64,000 bases of DNA from Waterburya sp. (GCA_965217895.1 CBDCJV010000002.1:1888001-1952000), one strand, 5' to 3'. Numbered from the stretch's first letter, positions 19,584 through 30,879 are shown. Numbers and translations are program-made. Notes: generated from the letters alone by a model not told the origin.

Positions 19584-20363
19584 ATGGCACAACGCTATGT
19601 TCGCATTAAAACTAATCGTGACCAGATTTACTATGGTCTGCTACAGCCCAATCGAAGTGTATCTATATATGATGCTCCTCCTTGGTTGGGAGGACAAGCA
19701 ACTGAGCTTGAACAAGATTTAGGTACTTACGAATTACTTGCTCCTTGTGTACCTTCAAAAATTGTAGCAGTTGGCAAAAACTATACCAAACACGCAGCCG
19801 AAATGGGTGGGAACGTACCAAAAGAACCATTGCTGTTTCTTAAGCCATCGACAACTGTAATTGCTGATGGTCAAAATATTCATTATCCTCCTCAGTCTCA
19901 ACGGGTTGATTATGAAGGAGAGTTGGCTGTAGTAATTGGCGATCGCTGTAGTCATGTCACCTCAGAACAAGCTGCTAAAAGTATTTGGGGATATACCATT
20001 GCCAACGACGTTACGGCAAGAGATCTACAGAAAAAAGACGGACAGTGGACAAGAGCCAAGGGATTTGACACTTTTTGCCCTCTAGGACCTTGGATTGTCC
20101 GAGAATTGAGCGTCGAAGCAAAAATACAGACTTTCCTTAACAATGGAGATCGGCCTCAGCAATTTGCTTCTATTGCTAATATGGTATTCAACCCCGATGT
20201 ACTGGTATCTTATATTTCTCAGGTAATGACTCTAACCCCAGGAGACGTTGTTTTGACAGGCACACCTGAGGGAATTGGCTCAATGAATCCAGGAGATACA
20301 GTTAGAATAGAAATCGAAGGTATTGGCTGTATTTCCAATCAAATTATAGCAGTCTTGAATTAA
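19584..20363 (+). CDS. Fumarylacetoacetate hydrolase family protein
   Basis: VGKNY, DYEGEL, NDVTARDLQ, AKGFDTFCPLGP, LTGTPEG. Confidence 0.92.
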   Translation: MAQRYVRIKTNRDQIYYGLLQPNRSVSIYDAPPWLGGQATELEQDLGTYELLAPCVPSKIVAVGKNYTKHAAEMGGNVPKEPLLFLKPSTTVIADGQNIHYPPQSQRVDYEGELAVVIGDRCSHVTSEQAAKSIWGYTIANDVTARDLQKKDGQWTRAKGFDTFCPLGPWIVRELSVEAKIQTFLNNGDRPQQFASIANMVFNPDVLVSYISQVMTLTPGDVVLTGTPEGIGSMNPGDTVRIEIEGIGCISNQIIAVLN

Positions 20364-20396
20364 TAATCAATAAATATCAGGATTCTAAGTCTATTT

Positions 20397-20867
20397 TTAT
20401 CTGGAGATGAAATTATAGACAAAATTAGAGAAAGAAGGAATTTCGGGACGACGACCCAAGAGGCACTGCACCATACAGTAAAAACAAACACCAATTGCCA
20501 CCAGAGAAATTACGCTACCAACCAAAGCCAACGCTGGTAAAGTCTGCAAGATAATTTGAATTAAAGATAGAGCAATACCCAGCAAAATTGATTGCATGGC
20601 ACTAAAACGAATAAAAAAGGAAATATTATTATTTTGGACTACCGCTAAATACAAAGCAAAAAAGACAATTAAACTACCCAACCCTAGGGGAATCAATCCA
20701 TAAAGCGTAGAAATTGGAAGTAAGAGAACTTGTATCAATTGAAATAGTGGTCGTAGAGCAGGAATAGTCAATAAAGCAGCCCCCAAAACTACGGCATCGT
20801 ATAGAGCAAAAAGATAGACAGCTGCCCCAAAAAAACGATCTTTGTAATCACCATAACCACTTCCCAT
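20397..20867 (-). CDS. Tic20/Ycf60-like membrane protein
   Basis: Four TMs; LYLAVVQNNNISFFIRFSAMQSILL; GRRPEIP. Confidence 0.75.
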   Translation of the reverse strand: MGSGYGDYKDRFFGAAVYLFALYDAVVLGAALLTIPALRPLFQLIQVLLLPISTLYGLIPLGLGSLIVFFALYLAVVQNNNISFFIRFSAMQSILLGIALSLIQIILQTLPALALVGSVISLVAIGVCFYCMVQCLLGRRPEIPSFSNFVYNFISR

Positions 20868-21215
20868 AAAAATATCTCCTTAATTATCAATATTTAACGT
20901 CTGATGTAAATTAAAACTATTTCTAAAATAGCTTTACTTGCGAATAATCTAGGCTTTCAAGCCCCAAGAAGAGTAAATATATAACTTAAAACCATGCTCA
21001 TAAACCTTATTTTGGTTGATTTTCTAAAGCTGAAAGCTAAGAGCTACGAATCAATAAATTTTCAACAAAGCTAATCCACATCAAGCGTATTTATGTATTT
21101 TAGCTACTTTTAATCTAAATTTATTTTGAACTATCCAACTTAGTAGTTTTCTCTTTCATCGTCTTGAGTTTTGTGATTCAATATAAATCTGCGCCTTTAT
21201 TCTAAAAACTGCTCT

Positions 21216-22247
21216 ATGTGTGCTGAAAGAACCTTGCCTAAATTTGATACTGCTTCTGTCAAAATCACCAAAGAAGAAGGACTGATTCTGTACGAAGATA
21301 TGGTTTTGGGACGCTTATTTGAAGACAAGTGTGCTGAAATGTATTATCGAGGCAAAATGTTTGGTTTTGTCCATCTCTACAATGGTCAGGAGGCAGTTTC
21401 TTCTGGCATAGTTAAGGCTTTACGCGCCAAGGGAGACTACGTTTGCAGTACTTATCGCGATCACGTTCATGCCTTGAGTGCAGGTGTTCCTGCCCAAGAA
21501 GTAATGGCAGAGCTTTTTGGCAAAGAAACTGGATGTAGTAAGGGTCGAGGTGGGTCAATGCATATGTTCTCTGCCGAACATGGACTCTTGGGAGGTTACG
21601 CTTTTGTAGCCGAAGGAATTCCCGTAGCTACTGGTGCAGCTTTTCAAAGTAAATATCGCCGTGAAGCAATGGGCGACGATAGTTCAGATAGTGTTGCGGT
21701 TTGCTTTTTTGGGGATGGAGCAAGTAACAATGGTCAATTTTTTGAATGTTTGAATATGGCAGCCCTCTGGAAGCTGCCAATTATATACGTGGTTGAAAAT
21801 AATAAGTGGGCAATTGGCATGGCTCACGATCGGGCTACTTCTCAACCCGAAATTTACAAAAAGGCCAGCGTGTTTAACATGGCAGGTTATGAAGTTGATG
21901 GTATGGACGTGTTGGCAGTTAACACTTTAGCTAAGGAAGCTGTCGCCCGCGCTCGTGCTGGAGAAGGCCCTACCTTGATTGAAGCCTTGACCTATCGTTT
22001 TAGAGGTCATTCTCTAGCCGATCCAGATGAACTGCGAGATCCTGCGGAAAAAGAATTCTGGGGTCAACGAGATCCGCTTAAAAAATTCGCGGCATATATG
22101 ATTGAGCAAAATTTGGCTAATGCAGAAGAGCTTAAGGAAATTAACCATAAGATATCGGCAACAGTAGATGAGGCGGTTAAATTTGCTGAAAGCAGTTCTG
22201 AACCTAGTCCGAGCGATTTACATCGTTATATTTTTGCGGAAGATTAG
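21216..22247 (+). CDS. pdhA: Pyruvate dehydrogenase E1 alpha subunit
   Basis: [26 protein letters not shown] motif, [12 protein letters not shown]. Confidence 0.97.
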   Translation: MCAERTLPKFDTASVKITKEEGLILYEDMVLGRLFEDKCAEMYYRGKMFGFVHLYNGQEAVSSGIVKALRAKGDYVCSTYRDHVHALSAGVPAQEVMAELFGKETGCSKGRGGSMHMFSAEHGLLGGYAFVAEGIPVATGAAFQSKYRREAMGDDSSDSVAVCFFGDGASNNGQFFECLNMAALWKLPIIYVVENNKWAIGMAHDRATSQPEIYKKASVFNMAGYEVDGMDVLAVNTLAKEAVARARAGEGPTLIEALTYRFRGHSLADPDELRDPAEKEFWGQRDPLKKFAAYMIEQNLANAEELKEINHKISATVDEAVKFAESSSEPSPSDLHRYIFAED

Positions 22248-22257
22248 TAGAGAATAT

Positions 22258-23580
22258 TTAATTTTTTAGCCTAGGGATCTTAGTTTTCAACAAGTCGTTT
22301 AAAGAGGCTTTCTGACCAAAAGCCTCTTTAAACTCCAATTCCCCGCTCATTGCTAATAAATCAGCTTGCGCGATCGCCTGTTGTTCTCCTGATGCTAACC
22401 ATTTTAAGTTAACTTTTTTATTGGCTGCTTCTGCATCGCCCAAAACCAAACAGGCAACTGCCCCACTGCGATCGGCTCGTTTAAACTGCTTTCCAAAGGC
22501 ACTGCCACTAAGATCTAGCTCAACACCTAAGCCAACACTGCGTAATTTCTGCGCCAGAATCAGACTTTGAGCTTCGGCAGCTTCACCACGAGAGACGATA
22601 TATAAATCGGGATTATTTACGGGGTTAGACCGCAGTTTTTGCAGCAACAACACCAGTCTTTCCATGCCGATCGCCCAACCTACAGCCTGCGTCTGTGGTC
22701 CGCCTAATTCGCCAACTAAACCATCATAGCGTCCACCTCCACATACAGTTGCCTGTGCGCCCAAATCATCAGACTTGATTTCAAAAGCCGTATGGGTATA
22801 GTAGTCTAGACCCCTAACTAAGCAGTGATTTATTTGGTATTTGATGTTTAAATCGGTTAACAATTGCAGCACGGTATCAAAGTGTTTTTTTGATTCAGCA
22901 CTAAGATGTTCGGTAATTTTAGGCGCGTTTCGAGCAATTTTTTGGGTTTGAGGATCTTTGCTATCTAATATTCTGAGTGGGTTGCGGGTTAAACGATCTT
23001 GAGAATCTCGATCCAAATCGTCGTTGTAAGGTTCAAGATAGCTAACTAATGCCTCTCGATAGTTGGCGCGATCGCTACTGTTGCCAACCGAGTTTATATC
23101 TAGTTCCAAATTTTTTAAACCCAAAGTTTGCAAAATATCAGTCGCTAAGGCAATTACCTCCACATCTGCACGAGGAGCATCACTACCCAGTAACTCTAAA
23201 CCAACCTGATGAAACTGACGCTGACGACCAGCTTGAGGACGTTCATAACGAAACATTGGTCCAGTGTACCAAAGACGCTGGACTCCTCCTTGAGCATAAA
23301 GTTTATTGCTGATATAAGCTCGTACTACTCCTGCTGTACCTTCTGGACGCAGTGTTAAAGAGCGATCGCCCCTATCTTTGAAGGTATACATTTCTTTGCC
23401 TACTACGTCTGTAGCTTCACCGATACCACGCTCAAATAAGTCTGTTTGCTCAAAGATTGGCGATCGAATCTCCTGGTACACCGCTCGACCTAGTATTTCT
23501 TTGACAGTGGCTTCAATTAACTGCCAGTAAACGACTTCCTCTGGCAGAATATCTCTTGTTCCTCTGAGTGCTTGAATCAT
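22258..23580 (-). CDS. hisS: Histidine--tRNA ligase
   Basis: RGTRD, LRPEGTA, FRYERPQAGRQRQF, RGLDYY, GGGRYD. Confidence 0.97.
   Translation of the reverse strand: MIQALRGTRDILPEEVVYWQLIEATVKEILGRAVYQEIRSPIFEQTDLFERGIGEATDVVGKEMYTFKDRGDRSLTLRPEGTAGVVRAYISNKLYAQGGVQRLWYTGPMFRYERPQAGRQRQFHQVGLELLGSDAPRADVEVIALATDILQTLGLKNLELDINSVGNSSDRANYREALVSYLEPYNDDLDRDSQDRLTRNPLRILDSKDPQTQKIARNAPKITEHLSAESKKHFDTVLQLLTDLNIKYQINHCLVRGLDYYTHTAFEIKSDDLGAQATVCGGGRYDGLVGELGGPQTQAVGWAIGMERLVLLLQKLRSNPVNNPDLYIVSRGEAAEAQSLILAQKLRSVGLGVELDLSGSAFGKQFKRADRSGAVACLVLGDAEAANKKVNLKWLASGEQQAIAQADLLAMSGELEFKEAFGQKASLNDLLKTKIPRLKN
22297..22333. repeat. Perfect 15-bp inverted repeat inside the hisS 3' end
   Basis: GTTTAAAGAGGCTTT-ctgacca-AAAGCCTCTTTAAAC. 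Confidence 0.85.
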
Positions 23581-23926
23581 TTATTAGTTATTAACTAAGC
23601 TGTTATCAATTATCGGTTATTATTGAACACTTATCAATTATTCGGTCACAGCTAGTCCCACGCAGATGGAACAATATAGCTGATGGCTGATAGCTGAAAA
23701 GCAATTATTTTGAATGAAATTATCTAGTATCAGTTTATATATCTAAAAATAGTGCAAGTTTTAAAAAGTTTATCTCTTCTTCATTTATCATCAATAACTT
23801 TATCAAGAAATTAAGCAAGAACTACCAAAGATAATGTTATTATTTGTTCTAAGCCTTTTATTTAGATTGTTAATAAAAACTTGATTCAAACTTTAAACAA
23901 ATAAACAAGATTGATAGCTAAGATAA

Positions 23927-24199
23927 TTAATATAGTTTAATATCGTTGCTGTTCTTTAGCTGTTCAGTCTCTTGAAGAGTTTTCCATCCAGATAGCCAGA
24001 GAGAATCATCTTTGAGTTGCGAGGCATTCAACCAGAAACGAGTTTTGGGATCACAAGATGCTACCATTTCGGCAAATACCCACTTATCATGGTTTTTGCG
24101 GTTAATTACCTGGAAATGCCTCCATCCCCAAGTTTTTTGTTTAGCTGTCCACTTTGAACCAATTAAATAAGGGAACTTCTGTTTTCTTTTTTTCGACAT
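23927..24199 (-). CDS. TIGR02450 family Trp-rich protein
   Basis: LIGSKWTA...GWRHFQV...WLSGW; likely start at MSKKRK (ATG 24199) rather than 24244. Confidence 0.85.
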   Translation of the reverse strand: MSKKRKQKFPYLIGSKWTAKQKTWGWRHFQVINRKNHDKWVFAEMVASCDPKTRFWLNASQLKDDSLWLSGWKTLQETEQLKNSNDIKLY

Positions 24200-24256
24200 T
24201 TTAACTTCAAGAGATAATAATGATAGTCTAGTCGCAATAATCAACCTTTTTTCATT

Positions 24257-25858
24257 GTGATGTTATTTATGAAAACTAAATCTGTTTTGTATCAATTAAT
24301 TTTAGAACGAGTTAATAAATATAGTGCGATCGCCTTAGCTTTTAGTTTGGCATTGGCAACTGCACCAGCGATCGCTCAGGACAATACCATAAAATTGCAG
24401 GATGCAGGTTCAGGAGAATCAAAAACTCCAAACCAACCAATCAATTCTCCAAACCAACCAATTAATTATCGAGATTTACCTCCTTTAGAAGGTCAAACTG
24501 TTCCTCAGTCTGTTCCTGGTAGTAATGTTACTCCTATTCCCGCAGAAAACATCAAATTTGCCACTGACGAAACTGATTATACCCTCGGTGCTGGAGATCA
24601 AATCAAACTTGACATTTTTCAAGTAGCCGAATACAGCGGAGAATATCCCGTATTAGTTGATGGCACAATTAGTCTTCCATTAGTAGGACGTGTCGATGTT
24701 CGAGGATTGAGCTTAAAAGAAACCTCCGAAAAAGTTTCTAAAAAGTATTCTACTTACCTCAAAAGACCTATTATTACCGTCGGTTTAGTTGCTCCTCGCC
24801 CTCTAAAAATTGGCGTTTCAGGAGAAGTAGATAATCCAGGATCTTATCAAGTCGCTATTACTGCCGACAGTCCTCAGTTTCCTACTGTAACTGATTTATT
24901 GGAGCAGGCTGGTGGTATAAATACTATTGCTGATGTACGCAATGTTAGAGTTACACGAGACACGAATGGCAAAGCGATTGTCTACAACTCTAACCTATGG
25001 GATTTATTAACCAAGGGTCAAATCAAACAAGATATTTCCTTAAGAGATGGAGATACTATTTTTGTACCTACTACTGACAAAATTAATACCGCTGAGTTAA
25101 ATAAACTAGCCACCGCCAGCTATGGTCTACAAACAGATAAGCCGATTCAAGTAGCAGTAGTTGGAGAAGTTAATCGTCCTGGTTCTCACTTTATTCAGCC
25201 AGAGCAATTGGCAAATAATAACGGTGGTAGGGTAAATGAAGGCAAACAAGAGTCCAGTCCTCCCAGACTTACTCAAGCCATAGGTGCTGCGAAAGGAATT
25301 AAGCCTTTAGCCGACGTTAGAGATATAAAAGTCAAACGCACAGCTTGGGATGGTTCGGAAAAAGTTATTGATGTAAATTTGTGGGATTTAATTCAGTCTG
25401 GAGACACCAACCAAGATCTTATTCTCCAAGATGGAGACAAGATTGTTATTGCTAAAGCAGATAATTTGACCGAACAAGACAGGCGGACAACTGCTTCAGG
25501 TAGTTTCAATCAACCCATCACAGTTAATGTTGTTGGCGAAGTTGTTACTCCTGGACCAGTGACAGTAGAACCCAATACTCCTCTTAACCAAGCTATTTTA
25601 GCTGCTGGTGGCTTTGATGCCACCCGTGCTAATAGCAATAAAGTACAGCTAGTTAGTCTAAAGCCTGATGGCACGGTAGATAAACGCCAAATCGAGGTTG
25701 ACCTAGGCTCGGAAGTTAATGAAGAGACAAACCCTGTTCTCAATGAAAATGATGTGGTTATTGTTGGTCGCTCTGGTTCAACAAAAGCTTCTGATAGCGT
25801 AGGTAAGTTCCTCGGTCCACTTGGAGCATTTGGTGGTTTATTAAATCTCATCTTCTAA
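24257..25858 (+). CDS. wza: Polysaccharide export protein, Wza/OPX family with SLBB domains
   Basis: Signal peptide; YTLGAGD, DGTISLPLVG, repeated VVGEV..PG SLBB units. Confidence 0.88.
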   Translation: MMLFMKTKSVLYQLILERVNKYSAIALAFSLALATAPAIAQDNTIKLQDAGSGESKTPNQPINSPNQPINYRDLPPLEGQTVPQSVPGSNVTPIPAENIKFATDETDYTLGAGDQIKLDIFQVAEYSGEYPVLVDGTISLPLVGRVDVRGLSLKETSEKVSKKYSTYLKRPIITVGLVAPRPLKIGVSGEVDNPGSYQVAITADSPQFPTVTDLLEQAGGINTIADVRNVRVTRDTNGKAIVYNSNLWDLLTKGQIKQDISLRDGDTIFVPTTDKINTAELNKLATASYGLQTDKPIQVAVVGEVNRPGSHFIQPEQLANNNGGRVNEGKQESSPPRLTQAIGAAKGIKPLADVRDIKVKRTAWDGSEKVIDVNLWDLIQSGDTNQDLILQDGDKIVIAKADNLTEQDRRTTASGSFNQPITVNVVGEVVTPGPVTVEPNTPLNQAILAAGGFDATRANSNKVQLVSLKPDGTVDKRQIEVDLGSEVNEETNPVLNENDVVIVGRSGSTKASDSVGKFLGPLGAFGGLLNLIF

Positions 25859-25876
25859 GCCTCAAACACAAATAAC

Positions 25877-25916
25877 AGTAGTCCATTGCTTTACCGTGCA
25901 TTAGTAATGGACTACT
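25877..25916. terminator. Intercistronic hairpin between wza and wzc
   Basis: AGTAGTCCATTGCT / AGTAATGGACTACT arms (13 of 14 complementary, plus one G-U). Confidence 0.5.
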
Positions 25917-25948
25917 ATTACAACTGCTTATAAAAAATACTTCGTGTT

Positions 25949-28336
25949 GTGAGGATTGATAAAATAATGCCCGATAGAAGTTCAGATCATTCTACTTATC
26001 TCCCCTCAAGAAATGGAAACGGCAAGGGAATTAACAATCAAAATGGAAATAATAACTATGTTTATTCCTTACCTATTGTTAATCAACCAGAAAAAAAAGC
26101 CGATGGAGATAGTATAGATCTGCGTCAACTTGCGAGCATAATAAAACATCGCTTGCGCCTCATTGGTGCTGTAACTCTCGGTGTCACTACCACTACGGTA
26201 ATATTAACATTTACTCAAGAACCAAAATATGAAGGCAGTTTTCAGCTTTTGGTTGAACCTGTTTCCGAGGAGCAAGACAGTTCCTTAGGTAATAACCCCT
26301 TATCTATCTTGCAACAAAATCTTGGTGGTCTAGATTACGATTCTCAAATAGCAGTACTACGTAGCCCTCGCGTTTTAAAACCGATCATCAAAAGCCTCGC
26401 GAGTAAATATCCCAAAATTGAATACGATGAATTAATCAAACCTAAAAAATCTCCCCTCAAAATCGAGCAGTTAGACGAAACAAAAATTTTAGAGGTTTCT
26501 TACGTCGATCCTGACCCCCAAAAAATTCAATTTGTCCTAGATAATTTAGCCGAGGCGTATCTAAAATACTCTTTAGAGGAAAAAAGAGCCAAAGTGCAGC
26601 AAGGAATAGACTTCGTTGAACAGCAACTACCAAAAGTGAGAGGACGAGTTAATCGCTTGCAGGGTGAAGTACAAAGATTTCGTCAAGTTCATAATTTGCT
26701 CGACCCAGAACAACAGGCAAAAATACTGGCAGGGCAACAAGTTAACTTTGAGCAAAAGCTATTTGACACTCAAGCCAAAACTAAAGAAACAAAATCTTTA
26801 TATATTCTGCTGCAAAAACAATTAGGATTGGAACCACAACAGGCATTAGCAGCTAGCTATTTAAGTGAATCTCCACGCTATCAAAACTTGCTGGACGAAT
26901 TACAAAAGGTAGAAGTAGAGTTAGCTACAGAATCTACTCGCTTTTCAGCCAAAAATCCTACTGTTCAAGCTTTAGAAGAGAAAAGAGCAAATTTAACTAA
27001 TCTACTTCAAAAAGAAGCTGGCGGAGTACTAGGAAACAATCTATCTAACTTCGTAGAAAATAAGCCAAATAATACCTCTCCAAGCTCTTTACGTTTGAAA
27101 CTCAATCAGCAATATATTCAGGCAGCCAACGAGCTAGAAATATTGAAAATTCGCGAACAGGCTCTTAAGGGAGGATTGGCGAAAATTAACAAATATACTA
27201 AGCAAATGCCTGTGATTGCTCGCCAATATACAGATTTGATGCGACAGTTAAGAGTAGCAACGCAAAGCCTAACTCGTTTTTTGACTGCTCAAGAAGAATT
27301 GCAGCTACAGGGAGCGCAACAGGTCTTGCCCTGGCAAACAATTTCTCAGCCAGCTTTGTTAAAAAAGCCTATCTCCCCTAACCCTCCTCGTAATCTTATT
27401 TTAGGTCTGTTTTCTGGCGTTCTTTTGGGTATTGGTGCAGCATTACTGGCTGAACGCCTTGACCCTGTTTTCCATTCGGCAGAAGAATTAAAAGAGAGCA
27501 TTAATTTACCTCTGCTGGGTCAAATACCCATTGAAAAAGATCTAAGGCCTTTAGATGAAATAGAAGCAACGCCTAAAAAAGATAAATTTAGCCTACCTCA
27601 ACTACACATAGGAAACACACCGTTAAACATCAATCAATTAACGCCAGCGTCAACTATAGATAGTGGTCAAAAATGGTATGGTGTTACTCCTTTTCTAGAA
27701 TCATTTCGCTCTCTTAACACCAATATTAAGCTTTTGGGTTCTGATACTTCAATTCGTACATTTGTAATCAGTTCATCTATTCCCTCCGAAGGAAAGTCAA
27801 CTGTCTCTTGTCACTTGGCGCAAGCAGCCGCAGCAATGGGACAAAAGGTACTGGTAATTGATGCTGATTTGCGTCGTCCTCAAGTTCATCGTTGGATTGG
27901 TGTTAAAAATAAAGCTGGTTTGAGTAATGTTTTGGCGACTGGTTTAGATATAGAATCAGCAATTATTGAAGTTCCTCAGTGGGAAAATTTATCCGTCATT
28001 CCCGCAGGAGACATTCCACCCGATCCTACTCGCCTACTTTCTTCTCAGAAAATGTATGCTTTGATGGAGCAGCTAAAAGCAAGTAAGCAATACGATTTAA
28101 TTATTTATGATACTCCACCCATATTAGAGTTTGCTGATGGTCGAATTCTCTCAAGTCAAACTAACGGAGTTGTGCTAGTAGTGAGAATTGGCAAAACAGA
28201 TCGCTTTTTGTTAAAGCAGAATATTGACAACATTAGAATGTCTAATGTACCTATTCTAGGAGTCATAGCTAATCAGGTAAATCGCTCTACAGGTTCTTAT
28301 AACTATTACAGTCATTATTATGCTAGTAGGAAATAG
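25949..28336 (+). CDS. wzc: Polysaccharide co-polymerase / tyrosine autokinase (Wzc/GumC)
   Basis: Two TMs around a coiled coil; Walker A PSEGKST; DADLRRP; DTPP; C-terminal Tyr cluster YNYYSHYY. Confidence 0.92.
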   Translation: MRIDKIMPDRSSDHSTYLPSRNGNGKGINNQNGNNNYVYSLPIVNQPEKKADGDSIDLRQLASIIKHRLRLIGAVTLGVTTTTVILTFTQEPKYEGSFQLLVEPVSEEQDSSLGNNPLSILQQNLGGLDYDSQIAVLRSPRVLKPIIKSLASKYPKIEYDELIKPKKSPLKIEQLDETKILEVSYVDPDPQKIQFVLDNLAEAYLKYSLEEKRAKVQQGIDFVEQQLPKVRGRVNRLQGEVQRFRQVHNLLDPEQQAKILAGQQVNFEQKLFDTQAKTKETKSLYILLQKQLGLEPQQALAASYLSESPRYQNLLDELQKVEVELATESTRFSAKNPTVQALEEKRANLTNLLQKEAGGVLGNNLSNFVENKPNNTSPSSLRLKLNQQYIQAANELEILKIREQALKGGLAKINKYTKQMPVIARQYTDLMRQLRVATQSLTRFLTAQEELQLQGAQQVLPWQTISQPALLKKPISPNPPRNLILGLFSGVLLGIGAALLAERLDPVFHSAEELKESINLPLLGQIPIEKDLRPLDEIEATPKKDKFSLPQLHIGNTPLNINQLTPASTIDSGQKWYGVTPFLESFRSLNTNIKLLGSDTSIRTFVISSSIPSEGKSTVSCHLAQAAAAMGQKVLVIDADLRRPQVHRWIGVKNKAGLSNVLATGLDIESAIIEVPQWENLSVIPAGDIPPDPTRLLSSQKMYALMEQLKASKQYDLIIYDTPPILEFADGRILSSQTNGVVLVVRIGKTDRFLLKQNIDNIRMSNVPILGVIANQVNRSTGSYNYYSHYYASRK

Positions 28337-28360
28337 TCTATATTCTTTATAGACTTAATC

Positions 28361-28909
28361 TTGATAATCAAACTAAATTTAATCAGCGTGAATCTGCCAA
28401 TTATTTCCTCAACTTTTCTTTTGACCCTATTAATGATGATTGGGTTATTCTTCTTTATTCGTGCTTCGGTTAAAGATCGTACCAAACAAATTCAACTTGT
28501 TCCTGATGAATCAGAAGATGTTTTAATTAAAAAATTGCAGGAGTATTTTGAAACACGAGCCTATCAGATGACTGCTGTCGATCCAGAAAACAAACAGGTT
28601 ACTTTTAAAGGCTTTGTGCAGCCTAGTCTATTTCTGGCTATATTGCTTACCTTTTTAGCTTTGGTTGGCTTTTCCTGCTTGGCTCTAATTTTGTTTCTCT
28701 TGTTTCCTAATGTCAAAGGCGTATTTTGGCTTTTGCTTTTACTCGCCCCCGCAGCAGGTGCTTTTTATTGGCGCAAAGCAGGACGTTGGGAACAAATACT
28801 ACTTCGGGTTGTGTCTAAAACTGATAGTCCTAATTTAGTTAGTGTCATTGCCCATAGAGATGAATTGATTCAACTACAGGAAAATTTATCTGTACAAACA
28901 GTAGATTAA
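28361..28909 (+). CDS. Cofactor assembly of complex C subunit B (CCB1-like, DUF3529)
   Basis: STFLLTLLMMIGLFFFIRASVKDRT, FYWRKAGR, AHRDELIQL. Confidence 0.85.
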   Translation: MIIKLNLISVNLPIISSTFLLTLLMMIGLFFFIRASVKDRTKQIQLVPDESEDVLIKKLQEYFETRAYQMTAVDPENKQVTFKGFVQPSLFLAILLTFLALVGFSCLALILFLLFPNVKGVFWLLLLLAPAAGAFYWRKAGRWEQILLRVVSKTDSPNLVSVIAHRDELIQLQENLSVQTVD

Positions 28910-28958
28910 ATTTAGGGTCAGAATCTAAGTTATTTGGATGCTCAATATCATCTAGCAA

Positions 28959-29819
28959 TCAAATTATTGTCTCAATAATTCTTTTAGCTTGATTAGCGTA
29001 TCCACTGCCGAAGAGATTGAAGTGATTCAAGACGTGGTAGAGATTGTAAACACTTTTACGTTGTTGATAACCAGTGTCTAATTGCCAAGCCTCATTATAG
29101 CCATGATAAAAAACAGCAGGAAAACCACCAAATAATTCTGTCATGGCAATATCAGTTTCGCGATCGCCATAATATGTGGCAGGATCTATGATAACAGGTG
29201 CGCCATCAGCGGTAATTGCAGCATTCCCAGACCAAAGATCGCCATGTACGATAGAGGCTTCAGGCTGCCTATCAGCCAATCTATCCCTAACTGCATCAAC
29301 AACCCTGTTTGTATCAGGGAAATTTCCGCCACTACGTTTAGCCAACTTTAATTGATAGCCAATACGCTGTTGGGCAAAAAAGTCTGCCCAGTTGGCCATC
29401 CAGGTGTTAATCTGAGGGGTAGAACCAATAGTGTTATTAATTTCAAATCCAAAGTTTTGGTTTTTTCCTTGACGGTGCATTGATGCCAACTGACGACCCA
29501 TTTTTGTCCAGCTTTCATTGTTTCCCCTACCCAAATTTAGCCATTGCAGGACAATATAGCTAGAATCATCTGCTACTCCCCAACATACAGGCTGTGGCAC
29601 GGTAATTGTCTGAGTAGCATACATTTGTTTTAGTCCCAAAGCTTCGGCTGCAAACATTTCTACCTGAGAAGCCTGATTGAGCTTAACGAAATATTCTGTA
29701 TCATTTCCGCTTATTTTATAACCTTGATTGATACAGCCTCCACTGACTGATTTGGTATTGGCGATCGCAAATTCTTTTCCCGTAGCTTGGGTTATGGCTT
29801 GAGTAATCTGTGTCCACAT
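28959..29819 (-). CDS. Fructosamine kinase family protein
   Basis: SGGCIN, HGDLWSGN, DPATYYGDRETDIAMTELFGGF. Confidence 0.93.
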   Translation of the reverse strand: MWTQITQAITQATGKEFAIANTKSVSGGCINQGYKISGNDTEYFVKLNQASQVEMFAAEALGLKQMYATQTITVPQPVCWGVADDSSYIVLQWLNLGRGNNESWTKMGRQLASMHRQGKNQNFGFEINNTIGSTPQINTWMANWADFFAQQRIGYQLKLAKRSGGNFPDTNRVVDAVRDRLADRQPEASIVHGDLWSGNAAITADGAPVIIDPATYYGDRETDIAMTELFGGFPAVFYHGYNEAWQLDTGYQQRKSVYNLYHVLNHFNLFGSGYANQAKRIIETII

Positions 29820-30006
29820 TGGCTTGAAAGTTGAAAATTCAACTAAATATTAGATCAATTAATAATTTAGTAAAATTACCATACACCCAAATGTAAATTA
29901 CAAAGATAGTAAATAAATTTGTAATAAGCTAATGAACGATTGTAGTTAGCTTAAAAACTTCAACTAACCAAGTTGATTCAAAGATTAATCTAAGCTTAAC
30001 CTTTAT

Positions 30007-30879
30007 ATGTCTTCTCAGCCTTCTCCTCGTGAAATACTCCAGACACTACTACCCCACTTAAGAGTGGCTGCGGGTTATGCACAGCATATTCAAGCTAAAA
30101 TTGTTTCTTTACCAGCCAAAGAAGCAGGGGATAATTTTTTATCAGCAGCATTAACCGATGCGGATCTTTCAATTCAGACTTTAGTAGAAGTAGCTTTACT
30201 GGGAAATTTTCCCGATCTTGCCTTTTATGGTGAGGAATATGAAAAATCTTGTAATACCAAATATTTTACTTCTACGGAATTAGGCAAAAATGATTATTTA
30301 ATTACCTTAGATCCCATTGATGGCACTCAATACTATCTCGATGGTTTTGATAATTACCAAATTATTTTAAGTATTTTAAATGCAGAACACTATGAAGCGG
30401 TAATTGCTATTTCTCCTGCACAGGATTGCTATTACTATACTTTTAAAAATCAGGGGGTATACAAAGGCAAGCTAGATCGAGACTTAGATGAATGCCAATT
30501 ATTAAAGATCACAAATCCCTCTCAAAGTATTTTATTAGGTTGGGGAATGGCACACCTCAAACCTGCTTTGCAATCCAGGTATAATGTAATCGATATCGAA
30601 AACTGCTATTCTAGCGATCGCCAACTACCCAACTATAACGGCATTTTTTCAGGAGATCTCATTGGCTGGATTACTAAACGGGGTAAGTTTATTGATAGTG
30701 CTGCGCTGGCGTTTATGGCGCAGGAAAATGGCTGTCAGGTGACGGGATTAGATGGTTTACCCTTGCCTCCTTTACACGCCTGTAAAGACTATAGCTATAA
30801 TGGCGCGATCATCGCTAATTCCATAGAACTTTATCAAGATTTATTGGCAGCCTGTCGAAAATCAGAACACGATAATTAA
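30007..30879 (+). CDS. Inositol monophosphatase family protein
   Basis: TDADL, YGEE, LDPIDGT, DSAA motifs. Confidence 0.85.
   Translation: MSSQPSPREILQTLLPHLRVAAGYAQHIQAKIVSLPAKEAGDNFLSAALTDADLSIQTLVEVALLGNFPDLAFYGEEYEKSCNTKYFTSTELGKNDYLITLDPIDGTQYYLDGFDNYQIILSILNAEHYEAVIAISPAQDCYYYTFKNQGVYKGKLDRDLDECQLLKITNPSQSILLGWGMAHLKPALQSRYNVIDIENCYSSDRQLPNYNGIFSGDLIGWITKRGKFIDSAALAFMAQENGCQVTGLDGLPLPPLHACKDYSYNGAIIANSIELYQDLLAACRKSEHDN

Noticed and set aside
24426..24462. Short direct repeat in wza (PNQPINS PNQPIN)
   Set aside because: A simple 21-nt-period duplication in a low-complexity linker; ordinary.
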